This document shows, in pieces, positions 12,824 to 21,966 of a stretch of DNA of 64,000 nt. Numbering within the stretch: position 1 is the first letter of the stretch; every line of letters begins with the position of its first letter. Origin of the DNA: Vicinamibacterales bacterium (GTDB lineage Bacteria > Acidobacteriota > Vicinamibacteria > Vicinamibacterales > UBA8438); contig OZ244900.1 of assembly GCA_965221595.1 (NCBI GenBank), positions 2,159,736 to 2,223,735 of the forward strand, given 5' to 3'. The position numbers and the translations under genes were made by a program. The notes under the pieces were generated by a model that was not told where the DNA came from, made no database searches, and saw only the letters and a list, made by a program, of their open reading frames with translations.

Positions 12824-14194
12824 ATGTCCGAATGTCGTTCACGAACATGGCGTGTCGTTGCATGCGCCTGCGTCGCACTCGCATCGAACACCGGCCTCGA
12901 CGCCGAGGACTGGCCGCAATGGCGCGGCGTCCAGCGGGACGCGGTGTGGCGGGAGAGCGGGGTCGTCGAGCGCTTCCCCGCGGGGGGCCTCCGCGTGAAA
13001 TGGCGCACGCCCGTGCGCGGGGGTTTCGCCGGCCCGGTGGTCGCCGAGGGCCGAGTCTTCGTCCTCGACTACGAGGAGACGGCGGGCAGCCGCACCATGG
13101 ACGGAACGGAGCGCCTGGTGGCGCTCGACGAGGAGACCGGGGCCGTACTCTGGAGCCGGGCGTGGCCGGCCGCGTACCGCAACCTGCAGTGGAAGTTCGC
13201 CACCGGCCCGCGGGCCACGCCGGTGGTAGCCGGGGACCGCGTCTACGTGCTCGGGGCCGCCGGCATGCTGTCGTGCTTCGACACCGCCACGGGTGGACTG
13301 GTCTGGCAGGTCGACACCACCGTCGACTACGACGTCACGGTGCCGGTCTACGGCGTATCGCAGTCGCCCCTCGTGGAGGGCAACCACCTGATCGTCCTGC
13401 TGGGAGGCGAGCCCGACGCCAAGGTCGTCGCCTTCGACACGGAGACCGGCGCGGAGGCCTGGCGCGCGCTCGACACAACGTCCGAGGCCGGCTACTCGTC
13501 GCCCATCGTCATCGACGCCGGCGGCGTCCGCCAGCTCATCGTCTGGCACGCCACCGCCGTGACGTCGCTCGATCCCGAGACCGGCGACGTCTACTGGAAC
13601 CAGGACTTCGCGATCGGCGGGGGGATGGCCATAGCGACACCGGTGCACAACGGCCGCTACCTCGTGGTGAGCCAGTTCTTCAACGGCTCGATGATGCTGG
13701 CGCTCAATCCGGACCGACCGGCGGCGCGCGTCCTCTGGCAGGGGCGCAACCGGGGCGAGCTGCCGCACCAGACCGACACGCTGCACGCGCTCCTGTCGAC
13801 GCCGATCGTCAGCGGCGACTACCTGTACGGCGTCGGCAGCTATGGGGAGCTGCGCGGCATCGACGCGACGACCGGCGAACGGCTGTGGCAGAACGGACGG
13901 ATGACCGTCCAGAAGCGGTTCGGGACCGCCTACTTCGTACGCCACGGCGACCGCCACTTCGTGACGAACGACGAGGGCTTCCTGATCATCGCGCGCTTCA
14001 CGCCCGAAGGCTACCGGGAACTCGATCGCACCCTGCTGCTGCGGCCGACGACCCGGACGCGCGGCGGAGCCTCCGGCCGCTGGGACGACCGCGCCGTGCT
14101 CTGGGCGCACCCCGCGTTCGCGAACCGGCACGTCGTGGTGCGCAATGACGTCGAGGTGGTCCGGCTGTCGCTCGCGGCCGACGACTACGAATAG
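12824..14194 (+). CDS. secreted PQQ-like (BamB-type) beta-propeller repeat protein
   Basis: DWPQWRG..., VALDEETGAVLWS, SCFDTATGGLVWQ, VAFDTETGAEAWR, TSLDPETGDVYWN and RGIDATTGERLWQ are repeated propeller blades. The start could be ATG 12824 (signal-like MSECRSRTWRVVACACVALAS) or ATG 12785. Confidence 0.75.
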   Translation: MSECRSRTWRVVACACVALASNTGLDAEDWPQWRGVQRDAVWRESGVVERFPAGGLRVKWRTPVRGGFAGPVVAEGRVFVLDYEETAGSRTMDGTERLVALDEETGAVLWSRAWPAAYRNLQWKFATGPRATPVVAGDRVYVLGAAGMLSCFDTATGGLVWQVDTTVDYDVTVPVYGVSQSPLVEGNHLIVLLGGEPDAKVVAFDTETGAEAWRALDTTSEAGYSSPIVIDAGGVRQLIVWHATAVTSLDPETGDVYWNQDFAIGGGMAIATPVHNGRYLVVSQFFNGSMMLALNPDRPAARVLWQGRNRGELPHQTDTLHALLSTPIVSGDYLYGVGSYGELRGIDATTGERLWQNGRMTVQKRFGTAYFVRHGDRHFVTNDEGFLIIARFTPEGYRELDRTLLLRPTTRTRGGASGRWDDRAVLWAHPAFANRHVVVRNDVEVVRLSLAADDYE

Positions 14195-14682
14195 ATGATG
14201 AACTCCAGCAGGTTGCCGTCCGGGTCGCGGATGTAGCGGCTCGTGCCAGTATCCCTGCCGCCGTTGCGTCCGCCCTCGCGCGGCGCCGGCCCCTCGATAA
14301 CGGGGGCACCCACGCGTGCCAGCGTCTGCTCGAGCGCGGCGGCACTCCCGCCCCAGACGAAACAGAAGTCGCCGCACGGCGGCACCGCTGCCTGCCCCCT
14401 GAGCGTGAATTCCGGGTTCTCCCACACCTCCGGACGATGGAAGTTGATCTTGTTGTCCCCGAAGTGGACCGAGCAGATGCGGTCGCCCTCTCGCACGTGA
14501 AAGCCGAGCGCGCGGTAGAAGACGACCATTGCGGCCGTGTCCCGCATCGGGACCGCGACGTGATCGAACCGCACGATGCTCGACGACGCCTGCGCGGCAC
14601 TGATGCCGCGTTCGAGGCCGGCGGCAGCCAGTGCGGCGCCGGCTCCGACGGCCCCCTTCAGGAAACGACGACGCTCGGACAT
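14185..14682 (-). CDS. VOC (glyoxalase/bleomycin-resistance/dioxygenase) family protein with twin-arginine signal
   Basis: MSERRRFLKGAVGAGAALAAAG is a Tat motif. FDHVAVPMRD...FYRALGF...IRDPDGNLLEF is the VOC fold. The 3' end overlaps the convergent propeller gene by 10 nt. Confidence 0.8.
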   Translation of the reverse strand: MSERRRFLKGAVGAGAALAAAGLERGISAAQASSSIVRFDHVAVPMRDTAAMVVFYRALGFHVREGDRICSVHFGDNKINFHRPEVWENPEFTLRGQAAVPPCGDFCFVWGGSAAALEQTLARVGAPVIEGPAPREGGRNGGRDTGTSRYIRDPDGNLLEFIIYS

Positions 14683-14721
14683 AGCGCAGACCTCCTGGAC
14701 AAGAATGGCAGCACACGCGCG

Positions 14722-16431
14722 CTACTGCAAGCGGGCCGCCAGGTCGGCAAGATGGCCCAAGCCGTCGCGCAGGCTCCCCGCCACGTGCAATCGCAGCACA
14801 CGCCGCCCCCGGGCTGCGAGTACCCGCAGGTCGCCGCCCGCCTGCGCCGCCTTGACCACCCCGAAGCTGTAGCGTCGCCCTGGCACCGGTACGTCGACCG
14901 CATCGTCGCAGGTTATCTGGATGAACACGCCGCTGTTGGGCCCGCCCTTGTGAAGCTGACCGGTCGAGTGGAGAAACCGCGGCCCGAAGCCGACGCAGGT
15001 GGCGACGCGGAATCTGCTCCGCAACGCCTGCCGCACGCGCTGGAGCGCCTCCTCGTTCTGGGCCGACATCTCGATGTAGGCGAGCAGCGCCAGGTAGTCG
15101 CCGGGGCCCGCCTGTCCGCAATGCGCCGCGAGCAGTGCCGCCACAGAGCCGCCCGGCGCTTCGCCCCCCGGGGCACTGCGCCCGGGCGCCGCGTACAGCG
15201 AGAGTCGGCCGGCGCGAGCGAGCGGCTGCCCTTCAGGCAGCGCGTGGCCGGCTTCGTACGCGGCAGTGAGCCGGCGCGTCTCGACCTTGCTCGCCTCGAC
15301 ATCCGGCTGGTCGAACGGGTTGATGCCCAGCACCGAGCCAGCCACCGCGGTCGCCAGCTCCCAGCGGAAGAACTCCGCAGCCAGGTCGTACGGATCGCGC
15401 AGGCCGAGACGGACGACCGGGTGACCGGCCCGCTCCAGGTCGGCGACCGCCAGGTCCGTGGCGGCGTCCGCCGCCGCCTCGTCGCGCAGATGCACGAAGA
15501 TCCGGTCGTCGCCGTACACGTCGCCCCGCCCCACCGTTTCGCCGTCGACCGGAACGATCCCGGTCCCGTTCTTGCCGGTCGACTCGGCCAGGAGCTGCTC
15601 CAGCCAGGCTCCCAGCGCCTGGTACGCGGGCGCGCTGACGAACGTCACCTTGTCGCGCCCCGCCCGCACGGCCGCTCCCAGCGTCAGCCCCAGCATGGTG
15701 GCGGGATTCTCCCGCAGCGGCCTCGACGGCAGGCAGGCCGATCGCATCGCCTCGGCGCGGCTCAGCAAAAGCCCGACGTCGAGTCCCATGACGGCTGCCG
15801 GCACCAGTCCGAAGTCGGACAGCGCGGAATAGCGACCGCCAATGCCCGGAACACCATGGAAGACGTGTCGAAACCCCTGGTCGACGGCCAGCCTATCGAG
15901 CGGCGAGCCGGGGTCGGTGACCGCCACGAACCGCCTGCCGACGGGCCCGGGCAGCCTGCGCGCACGCCCCGCGAAATAGCTCAGGAAGATGTCGGGTTCC
16001 AACGTCGTGCCCGACTTGCTCGACACGATGAAGAGCGTGCGCTCGTAGTCGACGCCGGACTCGACGGCCCTGACCTGCGCGGGATCGGTCGAGTCGAGCA
16101 CGCGGAGATCGGGTGCCTCAGCCGGCCGGCCCAGGCTGCGACGCAGCACCTCGGGACAGAGGCTCGATCCGCCCATGCCCAGCAGCACGGCGTGCTCGAA
16201 GCCCTGGCCGATCACGTCCTGCTGCAGCGCCCGCAGCTCCCCGACGCGCGCACGCTGGGCGGCAACGACCTCCAGCCAGGCCAGCCACGCACCCTCGTCG
16301 GTGCCCGTCCAGAGCGACGCGTCGCCCGCCCACAGCCGGGTCATCCGGTCGTCGGACTCCCAGGCCACCGCCAGACGTTCGACCGCGTCGCCGAGGCCCT
16401 CCGGAACGAAGGTCACTGCGTCCGGCGTCAA
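14722..16431 (-). CDS. pgi: glucose-6-phosphate isomerase (the PGI type found in transaldolase/PGI fusions)
   Basis: VLLGMGGSSLCPEVL, TLFIVSSKSGTTLEP, GGRYSALSDFGLVPAA and INPFDQPDVEASK are SIS/PGI signatures. Confidence 0.85.
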   Translation of the reverse strand: MTPDAVTFVPEGLGDAVERLAVAWESDDRMTRLWAGDASLWTGTDEGAWLAWLEVVAAQRARVGELRALQQDVIGQGFEHAVLLGMGGSSLCPEVLRRSLGRPAEAPDLRVLDSTDPAQVRAVESGVDYERTLFIVSSKSGTTLEPDIFLSYFAGRARRLPGPVGRRFVAVTDPGSPLDRLAVDQGFRHVFHGVPGIGGRYSALSDFGLVPAAVMGLDVGLLLSRAEAMRSACLPSRPLRENPATMLGLTLGAAVRAGRDKVTFVSAPAYQALGAWLEQLLAESTGKNGTGIVPVDGETVGRGDVYGDDRIFVHLRDEAAADAATDLAVADLERAGHPVVRLGLRDPYDLAAEFFRWELATAVAGSVLGINPFDQPDVEASKVETRRLTAAYEAGHALPEGQPLARAGRLSLYAAPGRSAPGGEAPGGSVAALLAAHCGQAGPGDYLALLAYIEMSAQNEEALQRVRQALRSRFRVATCVGFGPRFLHSTGQLHKGGPNSGVFIQITCDDAVDVPVPGRRYSFGVVKAAQAGGDLRVLAARGRRVLRLHVAGSLRDGLGHLADLAARLQ

Positions 16432-16466
16432 TCAGGCAGGATTCCGCCTCCGGTGCCGGCACCCCG

Positions 16467-16533
16467 GGCAGCCCGTGGCAAGAGCCCCCGCCGCATTCGA
16501 CGGGCGAGGCGGGTTTTCACCACGGTCTGCTAG
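16467..16533 (+). repeat. dispersed intergenic repeat, copy C (minimal 67-nt version)
   Basis: GGCAGCCCGTGGCAAGAGCCCCCGCCGCATTCGACGGGCGAGGCGGGTTTTCACCACGGTCTGCTAG. The outer stem pairs 10 of 11 positions. An inner stem CCCGCC/GGCGGG presents the conserved GCATTCGACGGGCGA as a loop. Confidence 0.65.
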
Positions 16534-19355
16534 TTGCCACTCAGAGGGCTCGGCCCGCCGCGGAAGGTCAGCAGATAGTCACGGACCGCCTCGATCTGCC
16601 GGACTGCGTCCCCTTCGAACTGCGGATAGAAGGATCCGGGGTACTCGGTCCAGAACATGGGCATCCGCGTGCCGGGTTGAATGTCGAGCGGGGCCACCAG
16701 CCAATCGAGAATCCAGTCGGGTTGCAGCCGTTCCTGTGCCATCCGCAAGTCCGGCGCCAGATTGTCCGTCGGCTGATCTTCCGGAATCGTGTCCAGCACG
16801 TGACACTGCTGACAGCGCAGCAACTCGAACAGCTCCTCGCCCGTGCGGGTCACCTCCGGCGCCGGGACGGACTCATGGGTCCGGAACGGCCCAATCGACT
16901 CGGAGACGGCGGCGAAGTAGTCGAGCACCTGGTTCCAGTGCGCATCGTCGAGCCCGAACGTAGGCATGCGCACGTCCAGCCAGGGTCGAATGGTAATGGG
17001 GCCCCGCAAGAATGCATACAGCCACTCGGGCTTGACCTTCGCACCCTCCGGCGTCAGCAGGGGCGGCGCCAGGCCCGGGTCGTCCACGAGCTCTCGGTAG
17101 TTGCCGCCGTCGGCCTCGATCTCGTGGCACGAGATGCAGTTGCGCCGCCGCACCAGGTTGCGGCCTTCCCGCAGCGCGTCGTTCCGCGCCGACCCCGGAA
17201 CCTGCGACACAAGCGGCTGGACGTCGCTCTGGAAGCTCATGATCGCCGTCGCGAGCAGCGTCACCTCTTCCTCGCTGAAGCCGTAGTCCGGCATCCGGAG
17301 CTTCTCGAGCGGCTGCAGGACGCGGCTGCGGTCGAAGCTGCGCGGGTCGCGCAGCTTCTGCTTGAACCAGTCGACCTTCGTGTGCGGAATCTCGTGCACG
17401 AACGCAAAGTCGAGGCGCGGCAGCAGCTTGCTGCCTTCCTCCGACAGCTCGATACCGATCGGCTGTGTCTCCTCGAAGCCCGCGATCTCGTGGCAGCTGT
17501 AGCAGCCGTAGCGCCCGATGGCGCGGCGGCCGAGCTCGAGCTGCCGCTCCTCGGGCGACATCGCGGCAACGGTCGCCCGGGCTTCGTCGGTGGGCACGAT
17601 CGCCCGCAGATAATCGGTGAGGATCTCGCTCACATCGTCGGCGGTGTAGGCCGCCCGCGCGCCTTCCCCATCCGGGCCGTCGAGCGTGGCCAGGTACGCG
17701 GCGATGTCGCTGACCTCGCTGTCGGTGAGCCGCAGGTCGGGCATGTAGGTCTCTGGGCTGAAGTGCCGCGGATCGCGGACCCAGTCGTAGAGCCATTCAA
17801 ACGATGTCTTGTTGCCGATGTTCTGCAACGGCTGGCCGAATGTCCGCCGGGGTCCGGCCTCGAGGCGGCTCTCGTCGCCTGTGACGTGACACGCGAGACA
17901 GCCGACCGACTCGACCAGTTCCTGCCCGCGCGCCGCGTCACCACGCCGCGGGAAGCGGACGGCGAAGCTGTGGTCGTCGGAGTTCGCGAACAGGTAGGCG
18001 ACCACGGCGTCGATTTCGGCCTCGTTGCGAACCGCGTCGACGGGCTCGCTGGTGTTGCTGTTGTACCAGATGCGCGGCATCCAGGTACTGGCCTTCATCG
18101 CGCGCGGCTCGCGAATCCAGCGCGCCACCCAGTCCGGTTCCAGCTTCGAAGCAATCTTCGTCAGATTCGGACCCGGGCGGCGCTGCTCCTCGAAGCCGCG
18201 CGTCTTGTGGCAGGCATTGCATCCGGCCCGTTCGTACAGCCCGTAGGCCAGGCTCAACTTCGGCCCCTCGGGAATGAAGACCGTCTCGCGATGACACTTG
18301 GCGCACGATGCCTCGGTCATCTCGGTCGGCAGCATCGGATAGTCCCACAGGTGGGGCTCCTCCCAGCCGAAGTCGTGTTCCCAGGCGAGCGTCTGCGCCT
18401 CGCCGACGGGCGTATGCGCGGCATGCCGGAAGGTCAGCGACTGCCCCATTCCCTCGTGACAGACCGTGCAGCCGAAGCCCCCCACCGGGTGCGGCGACGC
18501 ACTGCCGACGTAGGCATCGAGGTTCGAGTGGGTCCGAAACGGCTGCGGATACTCCTCGTACCCCTCGCGGTCGATCGCCAGATGGCACGTCGTGCAGCGA
18601 TCCATCTTGGCGACCCGCGTGAAGTTCACGTCCTCGACGATCTGCGGTGTAATGACCTGGCGGACCGTGATGGTGGGCGCCATGAAATCCAGCAGCGGCG
18701 CGTTCAGAATCAGGTCGTTCACCAGACTGGGCTGCAGGTCGGCCACCCGCGTCGCGAGCCGTTCCGTCTCGGAGGTCAATTCCCGCAGCTGGGTGTCGAC
18801 CTCCACCGCCCGGTTCGTGAACACGCCGATCTGGCCGCGCAGCTCGTCACGCTGCGCCGTCAGGCGCTCGACTTCCAGGCCCAGATCGAGCCAGCGCTGG
18901 TACATCTCGTCGATCGGGGCGCGCTCGCCCGCAGCACGTTCGGGGTCGGCCTCCTGCAGCTCCTCGAACTCGTAGCGTTCCGCGTCGTAGACGGCCTTGG
19001 TCGACTGGAACTCCTGGTTCGCCAGGAACAGATCGGCCTCGATGTCCGCGAGCTGCGCCTGCAGCTCGTCGATCTGGTCCTGGCTGGCGGCTGCCTCCTG
19101 TTCCGCCTGCGCCAACTGGCCCTGCAGCTCCGCCACCTGCGCCGGGTCCACCTGGGCGGCGGCAGCGGCCAGGTTCGCCTGCGTCACCTCCATCTCGAGC
19201 TGGACGAAGCGGCGCTGGTAGTCCTTCCACTCGCGGTCGTAGTCGTCCCAGATCATCAGGATCGTCGTGACGAAAAGGAAGATGCTGGACGCGGCGAAGA
19301 CCACGTTGAGAAAGTCGACGTTGTATGCGTGCCCGACAGACTTCTTGTCAGCCAT
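16530..19355 (-). CDS. membrane-anchored octahaem c-type cytochrome with long coiled-coil; terminal gene of the Rieske/cyt b operon
   Basis: 941 aa. An N-terminal TM (FLNVVFAASSIFLFVTTILMIW) is followed by about 200 aa of heptad-like Q/E/A/L-rich sequence. There are eight CxxCH motifs: CTTCH, CTVCH, CAKCH, CNACH, CLACH, CYSCH, CISCH and CQQCH. Confidence 0.85.
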   Translation of the reverse strand: MADKKSVGHAYNVDFLNVVFAASSIFLFVTTILMIWDDYDREWKDYQRRFVQLEMEVTQANLAAAAAQVDPAQVAELQGQLAQAEQEAAASQDQIDELQAQLADIEADLFLANQEFQSTKAVYDAERYEFEELQEADPERAAGERAPIDEMYQRWLDLGLEVERLTAQRDELRGQIGVFTNRAVEVDTQLRELTSETERLATRVADLQPSLVNDLILNAPLLDFMAPTITVRQVITPQIVEDVNFTRVAKMDRCTTCHLAIDREGYEEYPQPFRTHSNLDAYVGSASPHPVGGFGCTVCHEGMGQSLTFRHAAHTPVGEAQTLAWEHDFGWEEPHLWDYPMLPTEMTEASCAKCHRETVFIPEGPKLSLAYGLYERAGCNACHKTRGFEEQRRPGPNLTKIASKLEPDWVARWIREPRAMKASTWMPRIWYNSNTSEPVDAVRNEAEIDAVVAYLFANSDDHSFAVRFPRRGDAARGQELVESVGCLACHVTGDESRLEAGPRRTFGQPLQNIGNKTSFEWLYDWVRDPRHFSPETYMPDLRLTDSEVSDIAAYLATLDGPDGEGARAAYTADDVSEILTDYLRAIVPTDEARATVAAMSPEERQLELGRRAIGRYGCYSCHEIAGFEETQPIGIELSEEGSKLLPRLDFAFVHEIPHTKVDWFKQKLRDPRSFDRSRVLQPLEKLRMPDYGFSEEEVTLLATAIMSFQSDVQPLVSQVPGSARNDALREGRNLVRRRNCISCHEIEADGGNYRELVDDPGLAPPLLTPEGAKVKPEWLYAFLRGPITIRPWLDVRMPTFGLDDAHWNQVLDYFAAVSESIGPFRTHESVPAPEVTRTGEELFELLRCQQCHVLDTIPEDQPTDNLAPDLRMAQERLQPDWILDWLVAPLDIQPGTRMPMFWTEYPGSFYPQFEGDAVRQIEAVRDYLLTFRGGPSPLSGN

Positions 19356-19369
19356 CTACTCTGTGCTCG

Positions 19370-20443
19370 CTATATGTTGAAGAAAAACTCCGGTATCGAC
19401 ACGACATACTTCAGATTGAACACCCACCGGGTCAGCATCTTGACGGGCAGCGACAGCATCATCAGCAGCAGCACCGCCGTCACGTAGAAGCGCGTCGCGC
19501 CCAGCAGATCGTAGTACCGCCTGAACACCCTCGCCATGAGCGGCGGCAGGGCGGCGACGTAGATCAGCGTGAGCACGATGCCGAAGAACTCGCGCACGAA
19601 CCAGTTGTCCGGCAGCGGCTGCCCCAGCAGGCGGACCCAGATGAAGTCGGAGAGCTGCACGTTGGTGAGCGGCTCGAGCTTGTGGATGTCCCAGTACTCG
19701 AACGGCCCGAAGAAGTTCCAGTTCGGCCCCCGCAGGAACGTGCCGAGCACGATGAGCGACGACCACAGCACGAGGAAGCCGAACAGGAAGATCGTGATCT
19801 CGGCCTTCCGCTCACGGAACGTGTAGTAGCCGTTGCCCTTCGGGTTCGTGTCCACGTAGGGAATGGCCATCAGACCCACGATGATCAGGCTCGGCAGTAC
19901 GACGCCGGCCAGCCAGGGGTCGAAATAGACCAGCATCTCCTGCAGCCCGAGGAAGTACCACGGCGCCTTCGACGGGTTCGGGGTGTTCGCCGGGTTGGCC
20001 GGCTGCTCGAGCGGAGCCTCCAGGCCGACCGACCAGACGACCAGAATCGCCGTGCAGAGAATCAGGGCGATCAGCTCCGTGTACACGAGGTCGGGCCAGA
20101 CCCAGACGCGGTCCGACTCCTCCTTCTCGATGGGGTCGTCCCCGGCGGCCATCCGCTGGTCGTTTCGCACACCCTCGCGAATCGCGTACCACGTGAAGAA
20201 GATCACCAGGAAGATGAGCGCCACGATGGGTACGTTGTCCGGCTTGACGACAATCAGGCGGAAGTTCTCGTCGAACAGGCCGAACGTGAAGAAAACCGCC
20301 AGAAAGCCCATCATGCCGTAGCCCACGGCATTCTTCGAGAAGGTCTCCCGCTTCCAGACGATGAGCACCAGGGCTATCACCGACAGGATGAAGAACAGCC
20401 GGGGATCCGCAAACAGATTGACGAAGCCTTTGATCGCGTCCAT
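19370..20443 (-). CDS. cytochrome b C-terminal (subunit IV-like) protein, extended
   Basis: 357 aa and polytopic. It contains NPSKAPWYFLGLQEMLVYF, aligning with the PEWYF Qo motif of PetD/cytochrome b. It lies directly downstream of the cytochrome b6-like gene. Confidence 0.85.
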   Translation of the reverse strand: MDAIKGFVNLFADPRLFFILSVIALVLIVWKRETFSKNAVGYGMMGFLAVFFTFGLFDENFRLIVVKPDNVPIVALIFLVIFFTWYAIREGVRNDQRMAAGDDPIEKEESDRVWVWPDLVYTELIALILCTAILVVWSVGLEAPLEQPANPANTPNPSKAPWYFLGLQEMLVYFDPWLAGVVLPSLIIVGLMAIPYVDTNPKGNGYYTFRERKAEITIFLFGFLVLWSSLIVLGTFLRGPNWNFFGPFEYWDIHKLEPLTNVQLSDFIWVRLLGQPLPDNWFVREFFGIVLTLIYVAALPPLMARVFRRYYDLLGATRFYVTAVLLLMMLSLPVKMLTRWVFNLKYVVSIPEFFFNI

Positions 20444-20467
20444 GACGTCCCTTGCCGCCGGTGGCCG

Positions 20468-21283
20468 CTAGAGCGGACCGGAAATACCGCCGTCCTTCCG
20501 GACCCGCCAGAAATGAACGGCCATGAGAAACCCGATGACGAGCGGCAGCCCGACGCAGTGCAGCACGTAGAAGCGCAGGAGCGCGCCCTCGCCGACGAAG
20601 GTGCCGCCGAGCAGCGCGAACCGGGCGTCGTCGGCCGCATGAATCAACTGGACGTCCCCGAGCGCGAGCAGGGCGGCGCCCGGCCCCTCGTGGCCGAGGA
20701 ACGGGGTCGCACGCGCCATGTTCGAGCCCACCGTGATGGCCCAGATCGCGAGCTGATCCCAGGGCAGCAGGTAGCCGGTGAACGACAGCAGCAGCGTCAG
20801 AACGAGCATGATGACCCCGATGTTCCAGTTGAACTCACGAGGCGGCTTGTACGAGCCGGTCATGAACACGCGGAACATGTGCAGCCAGACCGTGATGACC
20901 ATCGCGTGCGCGCCCCAGCGGTGCATCTCGCGCATGATGCCCAGCGGCACATGCTCGCGCAGGCCGACGATGTCGGAGTAGGCGTACTCCAGCGTCGGCC
21001 GGTAGTAGAACATCAGCAGCAGTCCCGTGAACGTCAGCACCAGGAACAGGAAGAAGCTCAGCCCCCCCATGCACCAGGTGTAGCGCAGCCGGACGCCGTG
21101 CTTCTTGAGGCGCACCGGATGCAGATGCAGGAAGACGTTCGACAACATCACGAGCACGCGATTGCGATCGTTGATGGGCGCGTTGTGTCGGAAGATCGAC
21201 GTCCAGATCTGCGTCGCGGTCAGCCAGTTCCAGGCGCGGACGAGCGCGCCCTCCTTCGGCTTGATCGTCTCGGTTCGGGCCAT
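20468..21283 (-). CDS. petB-like: cytochrome b6-like (cytochrome b N-terminal domain) protein
   Basis: [61 protein letters not shown] and [15 protein letters not shown] are the haem-ligand His helices. I chose ATG 21283 (MARTETIK), 8 nt after the Rieske stop, rather than track ATG 21325. Confidence 0.9.
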   Translation of the reverse strand: MARTETIKPKEGALVRAWNWLTATQIWTSIFRHNAPINDRNRVLVMLSNVFLHLHPVRLKKHGVRLRYTWCMGGLSFFLFLVLTFTGLLLMFYYRPTLEYAYSDIVGLREHVPLGIMREMHRWGAHAMVITVWLHMFRVFMTGSYKPPREFNWNIGVIMLVLTLLLSFTGYLLPWDQLAIWAITVGSNMARATPFLGHEGPGAALLALGDVQLIHAADDARFALLGGTFVGEGALLRFYVLHCVGLPLVIGFLMAVHFWRVRKDGGISGPL

Positions 21284-21291
21284 AGCGTCGT

Positions 21292-21936
21292 CTACACCTC
21301 GAGAAACGACTCGGGATCCGTCCACTGCCCGAGTTCACTCTGAAACTTCCGGCTCTTGTCGACCAGTATCTGACCGTCCTCGGCCAGGACGATGCGTGCG
21401 CGCTCCAGCGGCCGTGGCGCCGGACCCTCGAAGTTGACGCCGGTCGGCCGGAACCCGCTGCCGTGGCACGGGCATTTGAACTTGTTCTCCGCCGACAGCC
21501 AGTTCGGCGTGCATCCGAGATGGGTGCAGATCGAGAACAGCGCGTAGAAGCCCGAGGATTCGTGGACGATGTCGAACGGCGTGCGGATGATCCAGATACC
21601 GAAGCGGTCCTTCCAGCGCTCGTCGACGCCGTCGGCATACTCGTCCGGGAAGCCGATCGTGAACTGCTGCGGCGGCTCGTTGAGCACGTTGGGAAACATG
21701 AAGCGCCCCGTTGCCGCCAGGCAGCCAGCGGTCGCCGCCGTGAACGCCCCCCAGGACAGTCCGAGCCAGCCCCGACGCGACATCAACGGCGAGGTGTCGT
21801 CCGCCGCCCGCGACGGCTTGGCCGACGCCCTGGCTGCGGCGGCGCTGGTCGTCCTGCGCGCCAGCGCTGGCTGCGGCGGCGCCGGCGCTGTCGGCCCGTC
21901 CGCGGGGGTTGCTTGGGGTTTCTGCTCGTCAGCCAT
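21292..21936 (-). CDS. petC-like: Rieske [2Fe-2S] subunit with Tat-type signal
   Basis: [10 protein letters not shown]...CPCHGSGF are the Rieske boxes. [19 protein letters not shown] is a Tat/anchor motif, preceded by about 50 aa of Pro/Ala-rich N-terminus. GGAGGA lies upstream of ATG 21936. Confidence 0.9.
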   Translation of the reverse strand: MADEQKPQATPADGPTAPAPPQPALARRTTSAAAARASAKPSRAADDTSPLMSRRGWLGLSWGAFTAATAGCLAATGRFMFPNVLNEPPQQFTIGFPDEYADGVDERWKDRFGIWIIRTPFDIVHESSGFYALFSICTHLGCTPNWLSAENKFKCPCHGSGFRPTGVNFEGPAPRPLERARIVLAEDGQILVDKSRKFQSELGQWTDPESFLEV

Positions 21937-21966
21937 TTCGGTCGTCGTCCTCCAGCACGCGGTGTC

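Noticed and set aside
16113-19487. 1124-aa plus-strand ORF opposite the octahaem cytochrome gene. Similar giants occur at 23306-26725 (+), 39543-43112 (+), 39313-41838 (-), 12839-15121 (-) and 14437-16533 (+).
   Set aside because: All are antisense or off-frame to genes with unambiguous family signatures and have low-complexity Arg/Pro/Gly/Asp-rich translations. They are GC-content artefacts.
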